A DNA stretch of 64,000 nucleotides from Phycisphaerae bacterium (GTDB lineage: Bacteria > Planctomycetota > Phycisphaerae > SM23-33): positions 4,284 to 68,283 of the forward strand of contig JBKHDI010000010.1 in NCBI GenBank assembly GCA_046541415.1, given 5' to 3'. Shown here piece by piece: positions 1-12,744 of this stretch. Numbering within the stretch: the first letter of the stretch is position 1; each line of letters begins with the position of its first letter. The translations under genes were made by a program, and so were the position numbers. The notes beneath the pieces are model-generated. The model searched no databases, was not told where the DNA came from, and saw nothing but the letters and a program-made list of their open reading frames with translations.

Positions 1-1015
1 TGTACCCCGCGTAGCGGATCAGCTCGGCCGATGCTTTGTGGTCCTCCTCCGTCTCGCCCGGGAAGCCCACGATGAAGTCGCCGGCCAGGGCCACGTCGGG
101 GACGATGGACCGGGCGCGGTCGACGAAGTCTTCGTACTCGGCCCGGCTGTAGCGGCGGTTCATCCGGGCCAGGACGGCATCGGAGCCGGACTGGGCGGGA
201 CAGTGGATGTAGTGACACAGGTTGGGCAGGTCGCGCATGGCCTGGAGGATGTCGTTGCCGAAATCGGTCGGGTAGCTGGTGACGAACCGCAGTCTTTTCA
301 GGCCATCCAGTTCGGCGACCCGGCCCAGCAGATCGCTGAAGTGGACTGTTGTTTCGCCGGCGACATGGCGGTAGCTGTTGACCGTCTGGCCGAGCAGGGT
401 GATTTCCGTGTGGCCGGCATGGAGGAGCTTCTGCGTCTCGGCCACGATGTCTTCGGGCCTTCGGCTTCGCTCCGGGCCCCGGACGTGGGGAACGATGCAG
501 TAGGTGCAGAATTTGTTGCACCCGCGCATCACGCGGACGTAGGCCTGGCCGGTCGGGTCCCCCGCATCGGGCGTGCGCGACAGGTCCATCCGGTCGATGG
601 CGGCCTCGGCCTGGCTGTCGCGGGCCTGCTTTCGTGTCGGGTCCAGGGCGGTCTGGGCGGCCCCGGCCCGGGCTTGTTCGACCATCTCGGCCAGGCGGTG
701 GATCTGCCCGGGCCCGCAGATCACGTCGACGTGCGGGAAGTCTTCGCGGAGGGTCTCGCCCAGTCGCTGGGCCATGCAGCCGATCACGACGACGGTCCGG
801 TTTTCGCCGGCCTTGCGACGGTGGGCCTCGTCCCACAGGCGGGCGTAGACGCGCTGCTCGGCGTGGTCGCGGACCGAACAGGTGTTGATCATCACCACGT
901 CGGCTTGGTCGATCTCGCCGACCAGCTGGCAGCCCCGGCGCGCAAACTGCCCGCCGACCAGTTCGCTGTCGAGCTGGTTCATCTGGCAGCCGAATGTCTC
1001 CAGGTAGATGTTCAT
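1..1015 (-). CDS. miaB: tRNA-2-methylthio-N6-dimethylallyladenosine synthase MiaB (3' end runs off window)
   Basis: Not in the ORF track. Reading the minus strand by hand from ATG at 1015 gives MNIYLETFGCQMNQLDSELV, then NTCSVR, and a radical-SAM CxxxCxxC motif (GCNKFCTYCIVP). Confidence 0.92.
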   Translation of the reverse strand, partial: MNIYLETFGCQMNQLDSELVGGQFARRGCQLVGEIDQADVVMINTCSVRDHAEQRVYARLWDEAHRRKAGENRTVVVIGCMAQRLGETLREDFPHVDVICGPGQIHRLAEMVEQARAGAAQTALDPTRKQARDSQAEAAIDRMDLSRTPDAGDPTGQAYVRVMRGCNKFCTYCIVPHVRGPERSRRPEDIVAETQKLLHAGHTEITLLGQTVNSYRHVAGETTVHFSDLLGRVAELDGLKRLRFVTSYPTDFGNDILQAMRDLPNLCHYIHCPAQSGSDAVLARMNRRYSRAEYEDFVDRARSIVPDVALAGDFIVGFPGETEEDHKASAELIRYAGY

Positions 1016-1112
1016 GGGATTCCGAAAGAAGCTCAGCGGCGCATCATACCACGACGGGCGGGGCTCTGCGGGAACTTTCGCGCGCCTGCAGGGGTCGGCA
1101 GGGGCGGACGTG

Positions 1113-2840
1113 TCACCGGGCGTCGATGGCGAAGAGCTTGACGTGCTCGTCGCCCCAGGTCGCGTCGCAGCGGAGGCGGATCGCCCGGGTCTCCAGTTCG
1201 ACATCGATCCGGCGGAGGCGCTGGTAGTTGTCGTCGTCGCCGAAGACCGGCAACCAGTTCCCGCCGGCGTCCCTTGATTCGATGACGAACGACTTGACCA
1301 GTTGCCGGGGGACCTTCAGGCGGCGCGGGTCCATCGGGTAGGCGCAGGGCAGGTTCGTGCGCGTGTCGCCGCGCGAGCAGTTGGAGTCGAAGACCAGGCG
1401 GATCTGCGAGATCTTCACCGGCCTGTCCCAACTGAGTTGGACCGAGTCCCCGGGCGAGCCCTGCCAGCCGTTGTAGTTCTCGGCGTCGGGCCTGTCGATG
1501 CCGTTTCGCAGCGGTTCGGGATCTCCGGCCGTGGCGGTAAGCTCCGCCTGCGTGGTCAGCTGGTACGGCTGGCGGCGGTTGAAAGGCAGGTAGGCGTCAT
1601 CGTCCATCAACTGCTGCTGGAGTCGGCCGATGTGGTTCTGGCCGACCTGGCGCGGTGTGATTTCTTCGCCGGCGGCGATGGCAGCGGCCGTGCCGATCGC
1701 CTGGCCGATTACGGCGCAGGTGGCCATCACACGCGTGGAGCTCAGGGCGGCATGGGTGACGCTGATGGCGCGTCCGCCGCAGAAGAGGTTCTCGATGTTT
1801 CGCGAGTAGAGGCATCGATACGGGATGCCGTACGGGCTGGGAGCGGGGTGGAAGATCGTCGGTTCGCCCTTGTACGCCAGCCCGGCCGGATGGTGGTCGT
1901 CCATGCTCCAGCCGCCGTAGGCGACGACGTCCTCGAACTTTCCTTCGGCCCGGACGTCGTTCTGCGTAAGGATGTGGTCGCCGACGTAGCGTCGCGACTC
2001 GCGTTTGCCCGGCAGCATGCCGAACCAGTCCAGCGACCAGTTCTCCAGGCCCGGTTCGTCCCGGTTCTTGGCCAGGTCCCAGATTCCCAGCAGGTAGCTC
2101 AGCAGTTCGTCGCGGATCTGCTCGGCGTCGTGGATGCTGTCGGCCATCCCGCCCAGTTCGATCCACCAGAAGTTCTGCCTCTGGACGCTTCGGCCTCGAT
2201 GGGGCAGGTCATCATCGGTGAGCTTTTTTGCCCACTGGGGGGCATGGAACTCGACGGGGAAATGGTGTTCTCGCGGCTGGGGCAGCAGGGACAGGCCCAT
2301 GGTCCGGTTGTCGGCTTGTTCCGGCTCGATATCCTCGTTGAATTCCGACGCGGCCTCCCGGCCGATGCGGAACTCGGCCCCGGAAAGCGGCGCGAGGATG
2401 CCGTCACCCGTGCAGTCGGCAAAGAGTTTTGCCCGGACCAGGTGGAACGTTTCGCAGGTCATCTGCCAGGCGCGGACTTTCTCGATGCAATCGCCGTCCA
2501 TCGTCAGTTCGTTGCAGGTGCAGTTCAGCAGCAGCGTCAGGCCTTCCTGCAGGAGGGCCGCTTCGTAGAGGATCAGGTCCCAGTGTCGCCAGTTGCCCAA
2601 TTCGTTGCGGCGGAAGTTCTCCAGCAGCAGCTGTTCGATGATACCGCCCTCGCGGTTGTTGCGACCCTTGGCCCCGCCGATCCACATGCGGATTTCGCTG
2701 GAGCTGTTTCCCCCCAGTACCGGGCGATCCTGGATCAGCACGACCGAAGCGCCGCGCCGCGCCGCAGCCAGGGCTGCACACAGGCCGGACAAACCCCCGC
2801 CGACAACACAGAGGTCCACATCATGTTCGCAGGTACGCAT
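1113..2840 (-). CDS. FAD-dependent oxidoreductase (FAD_oxidored family) with C-terminal beta-sandwich-like domain
   Basis: VVGGGLSGLCAA Rossmann motif, LGGNSSSEIR, DCTGDG, GKRESRR, YGIPYRCL, STRVMATC. Confidence 0.85.
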   Translation of the reverse strand: MRTCEHDVDLCVVGGGLSGLCAALAAARRGASVVLIQDRPVLGGNSSSEIRMWIGGAKGRNNREGGIIEQLLLENFRRNELGNWRHWDLILYEAALLQEGLTLLLNCTCNELTMDGDCIEKVRAWQMTCETFHLVRAKLFADCTGDGILAPLSGAEFRIGREAASEFNEDIEPEQADNRTMGLSLLPQPREHHFPVEFHAPQWAKKLTDDDLPHRGRSVQRQNFWWIELGGMADSIHDAEQIRDELLSYLLGIWDLAKNRDEPGLENWSLDWFGMLPGKRESRRYVGDHILTQNDVRAEGKFEDVVAYGGWSMDDHHPAGLAYKGEPTIFHPAPSPYGIPYRCLYSRNIENLFCGGRAISVTHAALSSTRVMATCAVIGQAIGTAAAIAAGEEITPRQVGQNHIGRLQQQLMDDDAYLPFNRRQPYQLTTQAELTATAGDPEPLRNGIDRPDAENYNGWQGSPGDSVQLSWDRPVKISQIRLVFDSNCSRGDTRTNLPCAYPMDPRRLKVPRQLVKSFVIESRDAGGNWLPVFGDDDNYQRLRRIDVELETRAIRLRCDATWGDEHVKLFAIDAR

Positions 2841-2904
2841 CGAAACTCCGGAGGGTGGGAAAGGCTTGGAGAGAGGATTCTAACAGATTGAACTTTCCAG
2901 GCGA

Positions 2905-2944
2905 GAGAAAGAATCGGCCCGGGCACTCTGCAGCGCCCGGGCCG
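2905..2944 (-). terminator. Probable intrinsic terminator after the membrane protein gene
   Basis: Stem CGGCCCGGGC (2915-2924) / GCCCGGGCCG (2935-2944), followed by a T-rich run on the minus strand. Confidence 0.55.
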
Positions 2945-2971
2945 GGGTCGATTTCTGAACTGTCAGGCCGG

Positions 2972-4966
2972 TCAGTCGGTCTTCTTTTCGTCGTCTTCGT
3001 CGTCTTCGTTGTCTTCGGACTTCTCGTCCTGTTCGGAATCGTCGTTGGACTCGGCTTCCTTATCGGGCGAGGCGTCCTTGGGCTCTTCTGCCGGCTCGGC
3101 CTTGTCAGGTTCCTGCTCGGCAGTTTCTGTCTCGGCCGCTTCGGCTGCCCAGTCGAGTTGCTGGTCGAATTCTTCGGTATAGGCTTCGTCCAGGTCGGTC
3201 GCGTCGATCTTTCGCCGCAGGAGGCAGTAGATAACGGTCGACGCGCTGAAGTAGTAGCTCAGCAGGTAGGCAAAGGCGACCGAGGCGACGAGGAAGACGA
3301 AAATCCCGATCCCGAACGCCCAGATGACCTCCCAGCCGTTCAGGGCATCCCAGTTCAGGCCGCGGAACAGTTGCGTAAAGGTCGGCTGGGGCCAGAACAG
3401 GTCCAGCTTGTCGGCATAGGGGTGCACGCCGGAGCCGGGGCCGTCGGCCGGGCCTCGCAGCACGCCCCAGGCCAGCGTCGTATGCGTCGCCAGCAGGCCC
3501 AGGTACAGGAACAGGCGGACGAACAGGTAGGTGATCGCGCCGTAGATGATCGCAACCAGCCCGTAGAACGCCGCATGCCACGGCCTGCCGAAGATGTAGC
3601 TGAACGTCCTGCCCATCGAGTCGAAGCTGTCGGAGCCCTCGACGGCAATGGTCGGATACATCAGGCCCGACCCGGCGATCAGGCCGATCAGCAGGAAGGC
3701 GATGCCCATCCCGACGGGGATGGCGATGAGCATGAACAGCAGCAGGAAAATGTCGCCGGCATACGGGATCGACCCGGCCAGGCCTCCCAGGGCGAGCATC
3801 AGACCCGCCGCAGCCGAAAGCAGGATCGGGATCAGCGGGGCCGAGAAGAAGCTCAGCGCCTTGGAGCAGCTGAAGCCCAGGGCCTGTCCGATCGAGATCC
3901 GCTCCTGTCGGCAGAATTCCAACGCGGCGATGCGGGCAATGGCCCCGCCGAAGACGGCGCAGATCGCCAGGCTGCCCAGCAGCAGCAGGGAGGCGAAAAC
4001 CCAGTGCTCGCGGACCAGCCAGCAGATGCCATACGCCCCCCGGACCAGCCAGGCGAAGAACCCCGGCTGGGTGTTGCCGCCCGGATTGAACGCTGCTGGG
4101 GCATCGGCCTCTGCGGCTGCGACAGGCATGGCCTTGGCCTCGGCGTTATTGACCTCGCCCCAGAGTCCGGTCAGGAAGTTGCCTGAAAGCGCCGCGGCGA
4201 TGGCGTTTTTCACGCAGGAGACTTCGTAGTCCAGCAGGGCCGGGAAGATCCCCCTGCCCTTGATGCGGATGACGCGTTCGGCGAAGTCGGCCTTGTACTC
4301 GCTCAGCAGGGCCAGGGCCTGGATGTAATCCTGTTTGATCTGCGTTTCAGCCTGATCCCGCAGGTCTTCGTCGTCCTTGTTCTTCAGCTCGTCGCGGGCC
4401 TGCTTGTAGGCTTCGTCGATCCACTCTTCCAGTTTCTCGACTTCCTCGGCAAAGACTTCCTCGGCCTGATCGACCAGGTCTGCGGGCGAGGCATCTTTGT
4501 TGTCTTCGAGTATTTTGGCCGGGGTCTTCGGCTCGACGCTGTCGTCGGCCTTGGCGACCTTGGTCCAGGCGGCGCTGAAGTCCGGGCGGGTGCGATCCAG
4601 GTAGGTGGTCCGGAAGTTGCTGAGGTTGCGTCGGTGGCTCAGCTTCTCGCTGTACAGGGCTGCGGCGCGGTCCAGCTGAGTCTCCTCGGCAGCCTGCTTG
4701 TCCTGGTCGAAGCTGTAGTAGTCGCGGGCCCGGTAGTAAGCGCCAATCTCGTTGGTCGTGCCCTGATTGAGGTACATCAGGTTCCAGCCGAACAGGCCCC
4801 AGATGAAGCTGAGGACATAGCCGAGAACGAAGACGCCCAAAACCGCCGCGATGCCCAGCAGCAGCTTGCTGGGGTGAATGGCCATCTTGAAGCCTTTGAA
4901 GATCTGCGTGAAACCGAACAACTCTTTCCAGTTGATCTGACGCAGTTGGTGTTGTTCGTCGGCCAT
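2972..4966 (-). CDS. Multi-pass membrane protein with charged helical insertion and acidic tail, function unknown
   Basis: Likely start MADEQHQ preceded by AAAGGAAAGGA. One N-terminal TM, a charged helical segment of about 200 aa, several C-terminal TMs and an Asp/Glu-rich tail. Confidence 0.8.
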   Translation of the reverse strand: MADEQHQLRQINWKELFGFTQIFKGFKMAIHPSKLLLGIAAVLGVFVLGYVLSFIWGLFGWNLMYLNQGTTNEIGAYYRARDYYSFDQDKQAAEETQLDRAAALYSEKLSHRRNLSNFRTTYLDRTRPDFSAAWTKVAKADDSVEPKTPAKILEDNKDASPADLVDQAEEVFAEEVEKLEEWIDEAYKQARDELKNKDDEDLRDQAETQIKQDYIQALALLSEYKADFAERVIRIKGRGIFPALLDYEVSCVKNAIAAALSGNFLTGLWGEVNNAEAKAMPVAAAEADAPAAFNPGGNTQPGFFAWLVRGAYGICWLVREHWVFASLLLLGSLAICAVFGGAIARIAALEFCRQERISIGQALGFSCSKALSFFSAPLIPILLSAAAGLMLALGGLAGSIPYAGDIFLLLFMLIAIPVGMGIAFLLIGLIAGSGLMYPTIAVEGSDSFDSMGRTFSYIFGRPWHAAFYGLVAIIYGAITYLFVRLFLYLGLLATHTTLAWGVLRGPADGPGSGVHPYADKLDLFWPQPTFTQLFRGLNWDALNGWEVIWAFGIGIFVFLVASVAFAYLLSYYFSASTVIYCLLRRKIDATDLDEAYTEEFDQQLDWAAEAAETETAEQEPDKAEPAEEPKDASPDKEAESNDDSEQDEKSEDNEDDEDDEKKTD

Positions 4967-5106
4967 GCTTGGTCCTTTCCTTTGACGCAGGAACGAGTGG
5001 GTTCGCAACGAAAGCCCTGCCCGCGATTCCCTACTTCTTGATCGGCCGGGGCCCGATGGATCGCGACTAGGACGCGACAGTCTCTCCGGGCCGTCCATGT
5101 TGGCGA

Positions 5107-5134
5107 ATTATACTGCCTGGCCAGAGGGCTGCAA
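5107..5134 (-). promoter_or_regulatory. Possible sigma70 promoter for the membrane protein gene
   Basis: Minus strand reads TTGCAG-N16-TATAAT. Confidence 0.45.
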
Positions 5135-5161
5135 ACGATTTCCCCGCCGCTATAGGGGGTC

Positions 5162-5199
5162 AAACGAAACCGGCACGAGACGCCAGGTCCCGTGCCGGT
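5162..5199 (-). terminator. Probable terminator of the chaperone cluster
   Basis: Stem ACCGGCACG (5169-5177) / CGTGCCGGT (5191-5199), followed by TTCGTTTG on the minus strand. Confidence 0.55.
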
Positions 5200-5233
5200 C
5201 TGAAATTGTACTCCAGGACCCGAGCCGGTGGGG

Positions 5234-5554
5234 TCAATCCGCCGCGGGCTTGGCCTTGGGCTTCTTGGCCGGGCTGCTCTCGGACTTGGCCGAGCCGGTC
5301 GAGGCGTCGGATTTCTTCTCCCCGGCCTCGCTCTTGGGCTTGTCGTTGGCAGCTGCCTTCTTGTAGCTCTCGGAGCGGTAATCGGTCTGGTAGAACCCGC
5401 TGCCCTTGAAGATGATCCCCGCGCCCGTGCCGATGAGCCTCTTGACCTGGCGCTTGTTGCACTCGGGGCAGGTCTTGACAGGCTTGGCGGTGATGGACTG
5501 GAACTTCTCGAAGGCGTGGCCGCAGGATTGGCATTGGTAGTCGTAGGTGGGCAT
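5234..5554 (-). CDS. FmdB-family zinc-ribbon regulatory protein
   Basis: MPTYDYQCQSCGH...CPEC...FKGSGFYQTDYR signature; low-complexity K/S/A tail; AAGGAG RBS. Confidence 0.9.
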   Translation of the reverse strand: MPTYDYQCQSCGHAFEKFQSITAKPVKTCPECNKRQVKRLIGTGAGIIFKGSGFYQTDYRSESYKKAAANDKPKSEAGEKKSDASTGSAKSESSPAKKPKAKPAAD

Positions 5555-5652
5555 GGTGTGATAACTCCTTGGCTGTACGTACGTTTACTGCCCGGCCGGG
5601 GGGGGCTGGCCGGCGGGGCATTGTACCACAGGATCCGTTCTTGCGGGTGCTT

Positions 5653-6246
5653 TTACGCCTGGGTATCCACCGAGGAGGCGTCCGAGCCGTCGGGGGCGGC
5701 AGCGACGACCACCGAGGCAGGCCGCAGTGTCCGCCCCTTCAGCGTGTAGCCCTTCTGGGCGACCTGCAGGACGGTCATCGGCTCGGCCTGGTCGGTCTCC
5801 TGGCGCATCAGGGCCTGGTGCAGATCCGGGTCGAAGGGCTTGCCCTCGGCCTCGATGGGCTCCAGGCCGAACTGCGTCAGCGTGTCGACTGCCTTGTCGT
5901 GGACGATCTGCATGCCTTGGAGCAACGGATCTTGCTCGTCGCGGTTGGCGCGGGCGGCTTCCAGGGCCCGTTCCATGTCATCCAGCACGCCGAGCAGGGC
6001 CTTGATCAACTGCTCGTTGGCGTACTGGCGGGCCTGTTCAGCCTCGCGGGCAGTGCGCTTCTGGTAGTTGACGTAATCGGCCGAGACACGCTGCAGGCGG
6101 TTGAGCAGGTCGTCCCGCTCGGACTGCAGGGCGGCCGTCGGGTCGGTCGGTTCGGTGACTTTCGGCGCCTCGGCCGGGTCGGAGACGGTGTCGGCGTCCT
6201 CGATGTCGCCGGCGGGCTGGGCTTGGTGTTTGTCTTTTTTGCTCAT
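5653..6246 (-). CDS. grpE: Nucleotide exchange factor GrpE
   Basis: ADYVNYQKR, LLGVLDDMERAL, FDPDLHQA, KGYTLKGRTLRPASVVV. Confidence 0.96.
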   Translation of the reverse strand: MSKKDKHQAQPAGDIEDADTVSDPAEAPKVTEPTDPTAALQSERDDLLNRLQRVSADYVNYQKRTAREAEQARQYANEQLIKALLGVLDDMERALEAARANRDEQDPLLQGMQIVHDKAVDTLTQFGLEPIEAEGKPFDPDLHQALMRQETDQAEPMTVLQVAQKGYTLKGRTLRPASVVVAAAPDGSDASSVDTQA

Positions 6247-6290
6247 GGCAGCTTCGGATGGTTGGGGTCTACGTGTATGTCGTCAGCCGG

Positions 6291-7442
6291 TCACTTCCTG
6301 GCTGGTGAAAAATAGTCTTTGAGTTTGTCGAAGAAGCTCTTGCGTTCGGAGTGGATCTGTCCGTCGCCGTCGATGTCTTCGGTGTGCGAATATTCTTCCA
6401 GCAGCTCGCGCTGGCGCTGGGTGAGCTTGCGGGGGATCTCGACGTAGACCTGCACGAACTGCTGGCCCTTCTGGCCGGTGCGCAGGTCGGGCAGGCCCTT
6501 CTTTTTCATGGTGATCACGTCGCCGTTCTGCGTCCCGGGTGGGATGTCCACCTCGTCGCGCCCTTCGATGGTGGGCACGGGCACGGTTCCGCCCATGGCC
6601 GCCTGGGTAAAGGTGACCGGCACGCGACAGACAAGGTCATTGCCCCGCCTGGCCAGCAGCGGATGCTCTTTGACTCGGACGTATACGTGCAGGTCGCCCC
6701 GGCTGCTGCCGTCGGGGCTGGGCTCGCCCTCGTGGCGGGCGCGGACGACCTGGCCCTCGCGGATCCCGGCCGGGATGTGCACCGTCAGCACGCGCTGCTT
6801 GCGCCCCTTGCCCGTACCGTGACAGCTGTCGCAGGGGTTGCGGATGATCTTGCCCTTGCCCCCGCAGTCGGGGCAGGCTGTGATGCGGACCGATACGCCG
6901 AAAAAGCCCTGCACCTGCTGCTGGACCTGGCCGTATCCGCCGCAGGTCTCGCAACGATCCGGGTTCGAGCCGGGTTTGGCTCCGCTGCCGGAGCACTCGT
7001 CGCAGAGGTCCATCCGTTCGAACTCCAGCGTGCGGTCCACGCCGGTGGCGACCTCTTCCAGGCTGACCTCGACCTCGGTTTCCAGGTCCAGGCCCCGCTG
7101 GGCCGAGGCGCCCCGGCCCCGGCCGCCCATGCCCGAGCCGCCGAAGATCTCCTCGAACATGCTGAAAATGTCCCCGAAACCCATCGAGGAGAAATCGTGC
7201 ATGCCCGCGCCGCGCAGGCCCTCGTGACCGAACCGGTCGTACCGTTGACGCTTGGAGGAGTCGGAGAGGACTTCGTAGGCCTCGGCGAGTTCCTTGAACT
7301 TCTTCTCGCCCTCGGCCTTGTCTCCCTTGTAGTTGTCGGGATGGAATTTCAGGGCGAGTTTGCGGTACGCGCGCTTGATCTCGTCTCCGCTGGCATCGCG
7401 GGAGACGCTGAGCACCTCGTAGTAGTCTCGCTTGCTCGCCAT
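6291..7442 (-). CDS. dnaJ: Chaperone DnaJ
   Basis: J-domain with HPD, G/F-rich region, four CxxCxGxG repeats. Confidence 0.97.
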   Translation of the reverse strand: MASKRDYYEVLSVSRDASGDEIKRAYRKLALKFHPDNYKGDKAEGEKKFKELAEAYEVLSDSSKRQRYDRFGHEGLRGAGMHDFSSMGFGDIFSMFEEIFGGSGMGGRGRGASAQRGLDLETEVEVSLEEVATGVDRTLEFERMDLCDECSGSGAKPGSNPDRCETCGGYGQVQQQVQGFFGVSVRITACPDCGGKGKIIRNPCDSCHGTGKGRKQRVLTVHIPAGIREGQVVRARHEGEPSPDGSSRGDLHVYVRVKEHPLLARRGNDLVCRVPVTFTQAAMGGTVPVPTIEGRDEVDIPPGTQNGDVITMKKKGLPDLRTGQKGQQFVQVYVEIPRKLTQRQRELLEEYSHTEDIDGDGQIHSERKSFFDKLKDYFSPARK

Positions 7443-7559
7443 GGGCGTCTTTCAACTGGGGATACCCAGGACCCTGCGCCGGCAGCGGCGTCTGGGCCGC
7501 CGCCGGCGCGGGAACTGGAATCTATATGCAATCGCCTCGCGGGTCCAGCCCGGTTGCGG

Positions 7560-9182
<1,623 letters not shown>

Positions 9183-9235
9183 TCACCTTCCTGTTATGAT
9201 CACCGGCCGGGATTTGGCACCCGGCGGGGGATTCT

Positions 9236-9526
9236 TTATTTCTCGATTACAGCCAGCACGTCGGACTCGCGGAGGATGACGTAGTCGTCTCCGCCCATCT
9301 CGATCTCGGTACCGGCATACTTGCCGTAGTAGACTTCATCGCCCTTCTTCAGGGACATCTCGCTGCGCTGGCCGTTGTCGAGCAGTTTGCCCGGGCCGAC
9401 CGTTACGATCTTGCCGCGCTGGGGCTTCTGCTTGGCGGTATCCGGCAGGACAATGCCTCCTGCGGTAACCTCTTCGGCCGACGAAATCTTGACAAGCACC
9501 CGGTCATCCAACGGTTTCAGTGCCAT
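9236..9526 (-). CDS. groS: Co-chaperonin GroES
   Basis: [35 protein letters not shown]. Confidence 0.97.
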   Translation of the reverse strand: MALKPLDDRVLVKISSAEEVTAGGIVLPDTAKQKPQRGKIVTVGPGKLLDNGQRSEMSLKKGDEVYYGKYAGTEIEMGGDDYVILRESDVLAVIEK

Positions 9527-9605
9527 CGCTGTATCTCCTTGTATATTTTCGTTTGGTTGTTTGATTGCAGGGTATCGGGCAGGGGTATCCGGCAGCCGGG
9601 CAGGC

Positions 9606-11309
<1,704 letters not shown>

Positions 11310-11445
11310 CGCGAGATTCTCCTTTCCTTCTATGAATCTTGGTACAGGTTCCTGAATCGTTTGTTCCGTCGGTGGTCGGACCGGCAGGTGGGTCCTGGCC
11401 CGTCGCAGCGGCGCAGGGAGGCCGAGCCGACGAACGAACTCATGT

Positions 11446-11461
11446 TACAACACGCGTACCA
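11446..11461 (-). promoter_or_regulatory. Possible sigma54 -24/-12 promoter upstream of groEL
   Basis: Minus strand TGGTACGCGTGTTGTA versus consensus TGGCACG-N4-TTGC(A/T); -12 element is GT instead of GC. Confidence 0.35.
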
Positions 11462-11708
11462 CAATCTGCAAATTCCTTTGCAGATAAGAGTTACGCAAAG
11501 CCCCCTTCTGTTTTCGGCCCTTGGACTCTGCCAGAGTTGCACGTTGTGGCAGGTCCTGCGCTGATTTTGACAGCCTCCGCAGCCCGGGGCCCTGGCCTCT
11601 CGGCCGGCGGGTCGGCCCTGCGTGCCCGCCGGGGCCAAACACAATTGTAGGCACATAACGGTTCCATTTCCTGAAGACTGCGGATAATCTATTGCGTAGG
11701 GATCGAGT

Positions 11709-11726
11709 CTGTGATATTTTTCACAA
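11709..11726. promoter_or_regulatory. Rex-type operator (also fits CRP/FNR-family TGTGA-N6-TCACA)
   Basis: CTGTGATATTTTTCACAA versus Rex consensus TTGTGAA-N4-TTCACAA, about 115 bp upstream of the receiver/hydrogenase operon. Confidence 0.7.
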
Positions 11727-11840
11727 AGGCGGATCGGCCCAGTCCGATGCCTTTCACAGCCAGCAGTCGCGGGGCCGTTCGAAAGCCCCGCTCAAAGCGA
11801 AACCGCAGCAATTCTGACACACAAGTAAGGAGTATTTCGG

Positions 11841-12218
11841 ATGGCCAAGATTGTGGTCGTCGATGACGATCCGGATATCGTAGACGCTGTCAAGATGTTC
11901 CTGGAGCAGGCCGGCCACGACGTGGCCACCGCGACCAACCGCGACGACGGCATGGCCCTGCTGAAGGGCGAAACCCCCGACCTGGCAATTCTCGACTGCA
12001 TGATGGAGCAGCCGGATGACGGCATCGTCATGGCAAGGCAGCTCCGCGGCGACGGCTTCGACGCGCCGATCATCATGCTCAGCAACATCGACGCGGTGAC
12101 CGGACAGGACTACGGACAGGACGAGGAAATCAACCCTGTCGACCTGTTCCAGACCAAGCCCGTCGAACCGAAGAAACTGCTGGAAGAAGTCAACAGCCTT
12201 CTGAATGGCAAGGAGTAA
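11841..12218 (+). CDS. Single-domain response regulator (receiver only)
   Basis: IVVVDDD, phosphoacceptor in LAILDCMM, PIIMLS, KP; no output domain. Confidence 0.9.
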   Translation: MAKIVVVDDDPDIVDAVKMFLEQAGHDVATATNRDDGMALLKGETPDLAILDCMMEQPDDGIVMARQLRGDGFDAPIIMLSNIDAVTGQDYGQDEEINPVDLFQTKPVEPKKLLEEVNSLLNGKE

Positions 12219-12222
12219 GGCC

Positions 12223-12744
12223 ATGTTGCTTACCGAACAAGAACGAATGAGAGACCAGATCGCCAGCTGGGCGGAAAAATTCGGCAAGGACCGCTCGGCC
12301 ATGCTGCCGATCCTCCAGCAGCTCCAGGCACAGTATGGCTGCTGCTCGGATCTGGGCATGCAGATCGTCGCCGACGTGCTGGGCATCCACCCGGTGGAAG
12401 TCCACGGCGTGGTGAGCTTCTATGAATTCCTGACCACCAGGCCCCAGGGCAAGTTCGTCATCCGGCTCTGTCGGACGATCACCTGCGACCTGGCCGGCAA
12501 GGACGCCATCGCCCAGCAGCTGCGCAACGACCTGGGCGTCGACTTCGGTCAGACGACCGAGGACGGCATGTTCACGCTGACCTGGGCAAACTGCATCGGC
12601 ATGTGCGACCAGGGCCCCGCCCTGCTGGTCAACGAGATCGTCTACACGCACGTTCAGCCCGAACAGGTCCAGGACATCCTCGAGACCTGCCGCCAGGTTC
12701 TTTCCCCCAACCGTCCCCTGGCCGCCGAGGAGCATGGATCATGA
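12223..12744 (+). CDS. [FeFe]-hydrogenase gamma subunit (NuoE/HndA-like, [2Fe-2S])
   Basis: GVVSFYEF, CRTITC and CIGMC ligands; AAGGAG RBS. Confidence 0.9.
   Translation: MLLTEQERMRDQIASWAEKFGKDRSAMLPILQQLQAQYGCCSDLGMQIVADVLGIHPVEVHGVVSFYEFLTTRPQGKFVIRLCRTITCDLAGKDAIAQQLRNDLGVDFGQTTEDGMFTLTWANCIGMCDQGPALLVNEIVYTHVQPEQVQDILETCRQVLSPNRPLAAEEHGS

Noticed and set aside
38-1141. 367-aa plus-strand ORF
   Set aside because: Antisense shadow of miaB. High GC3 leaves the opposite strand free of stops, and the protein has no recognisable motifs.
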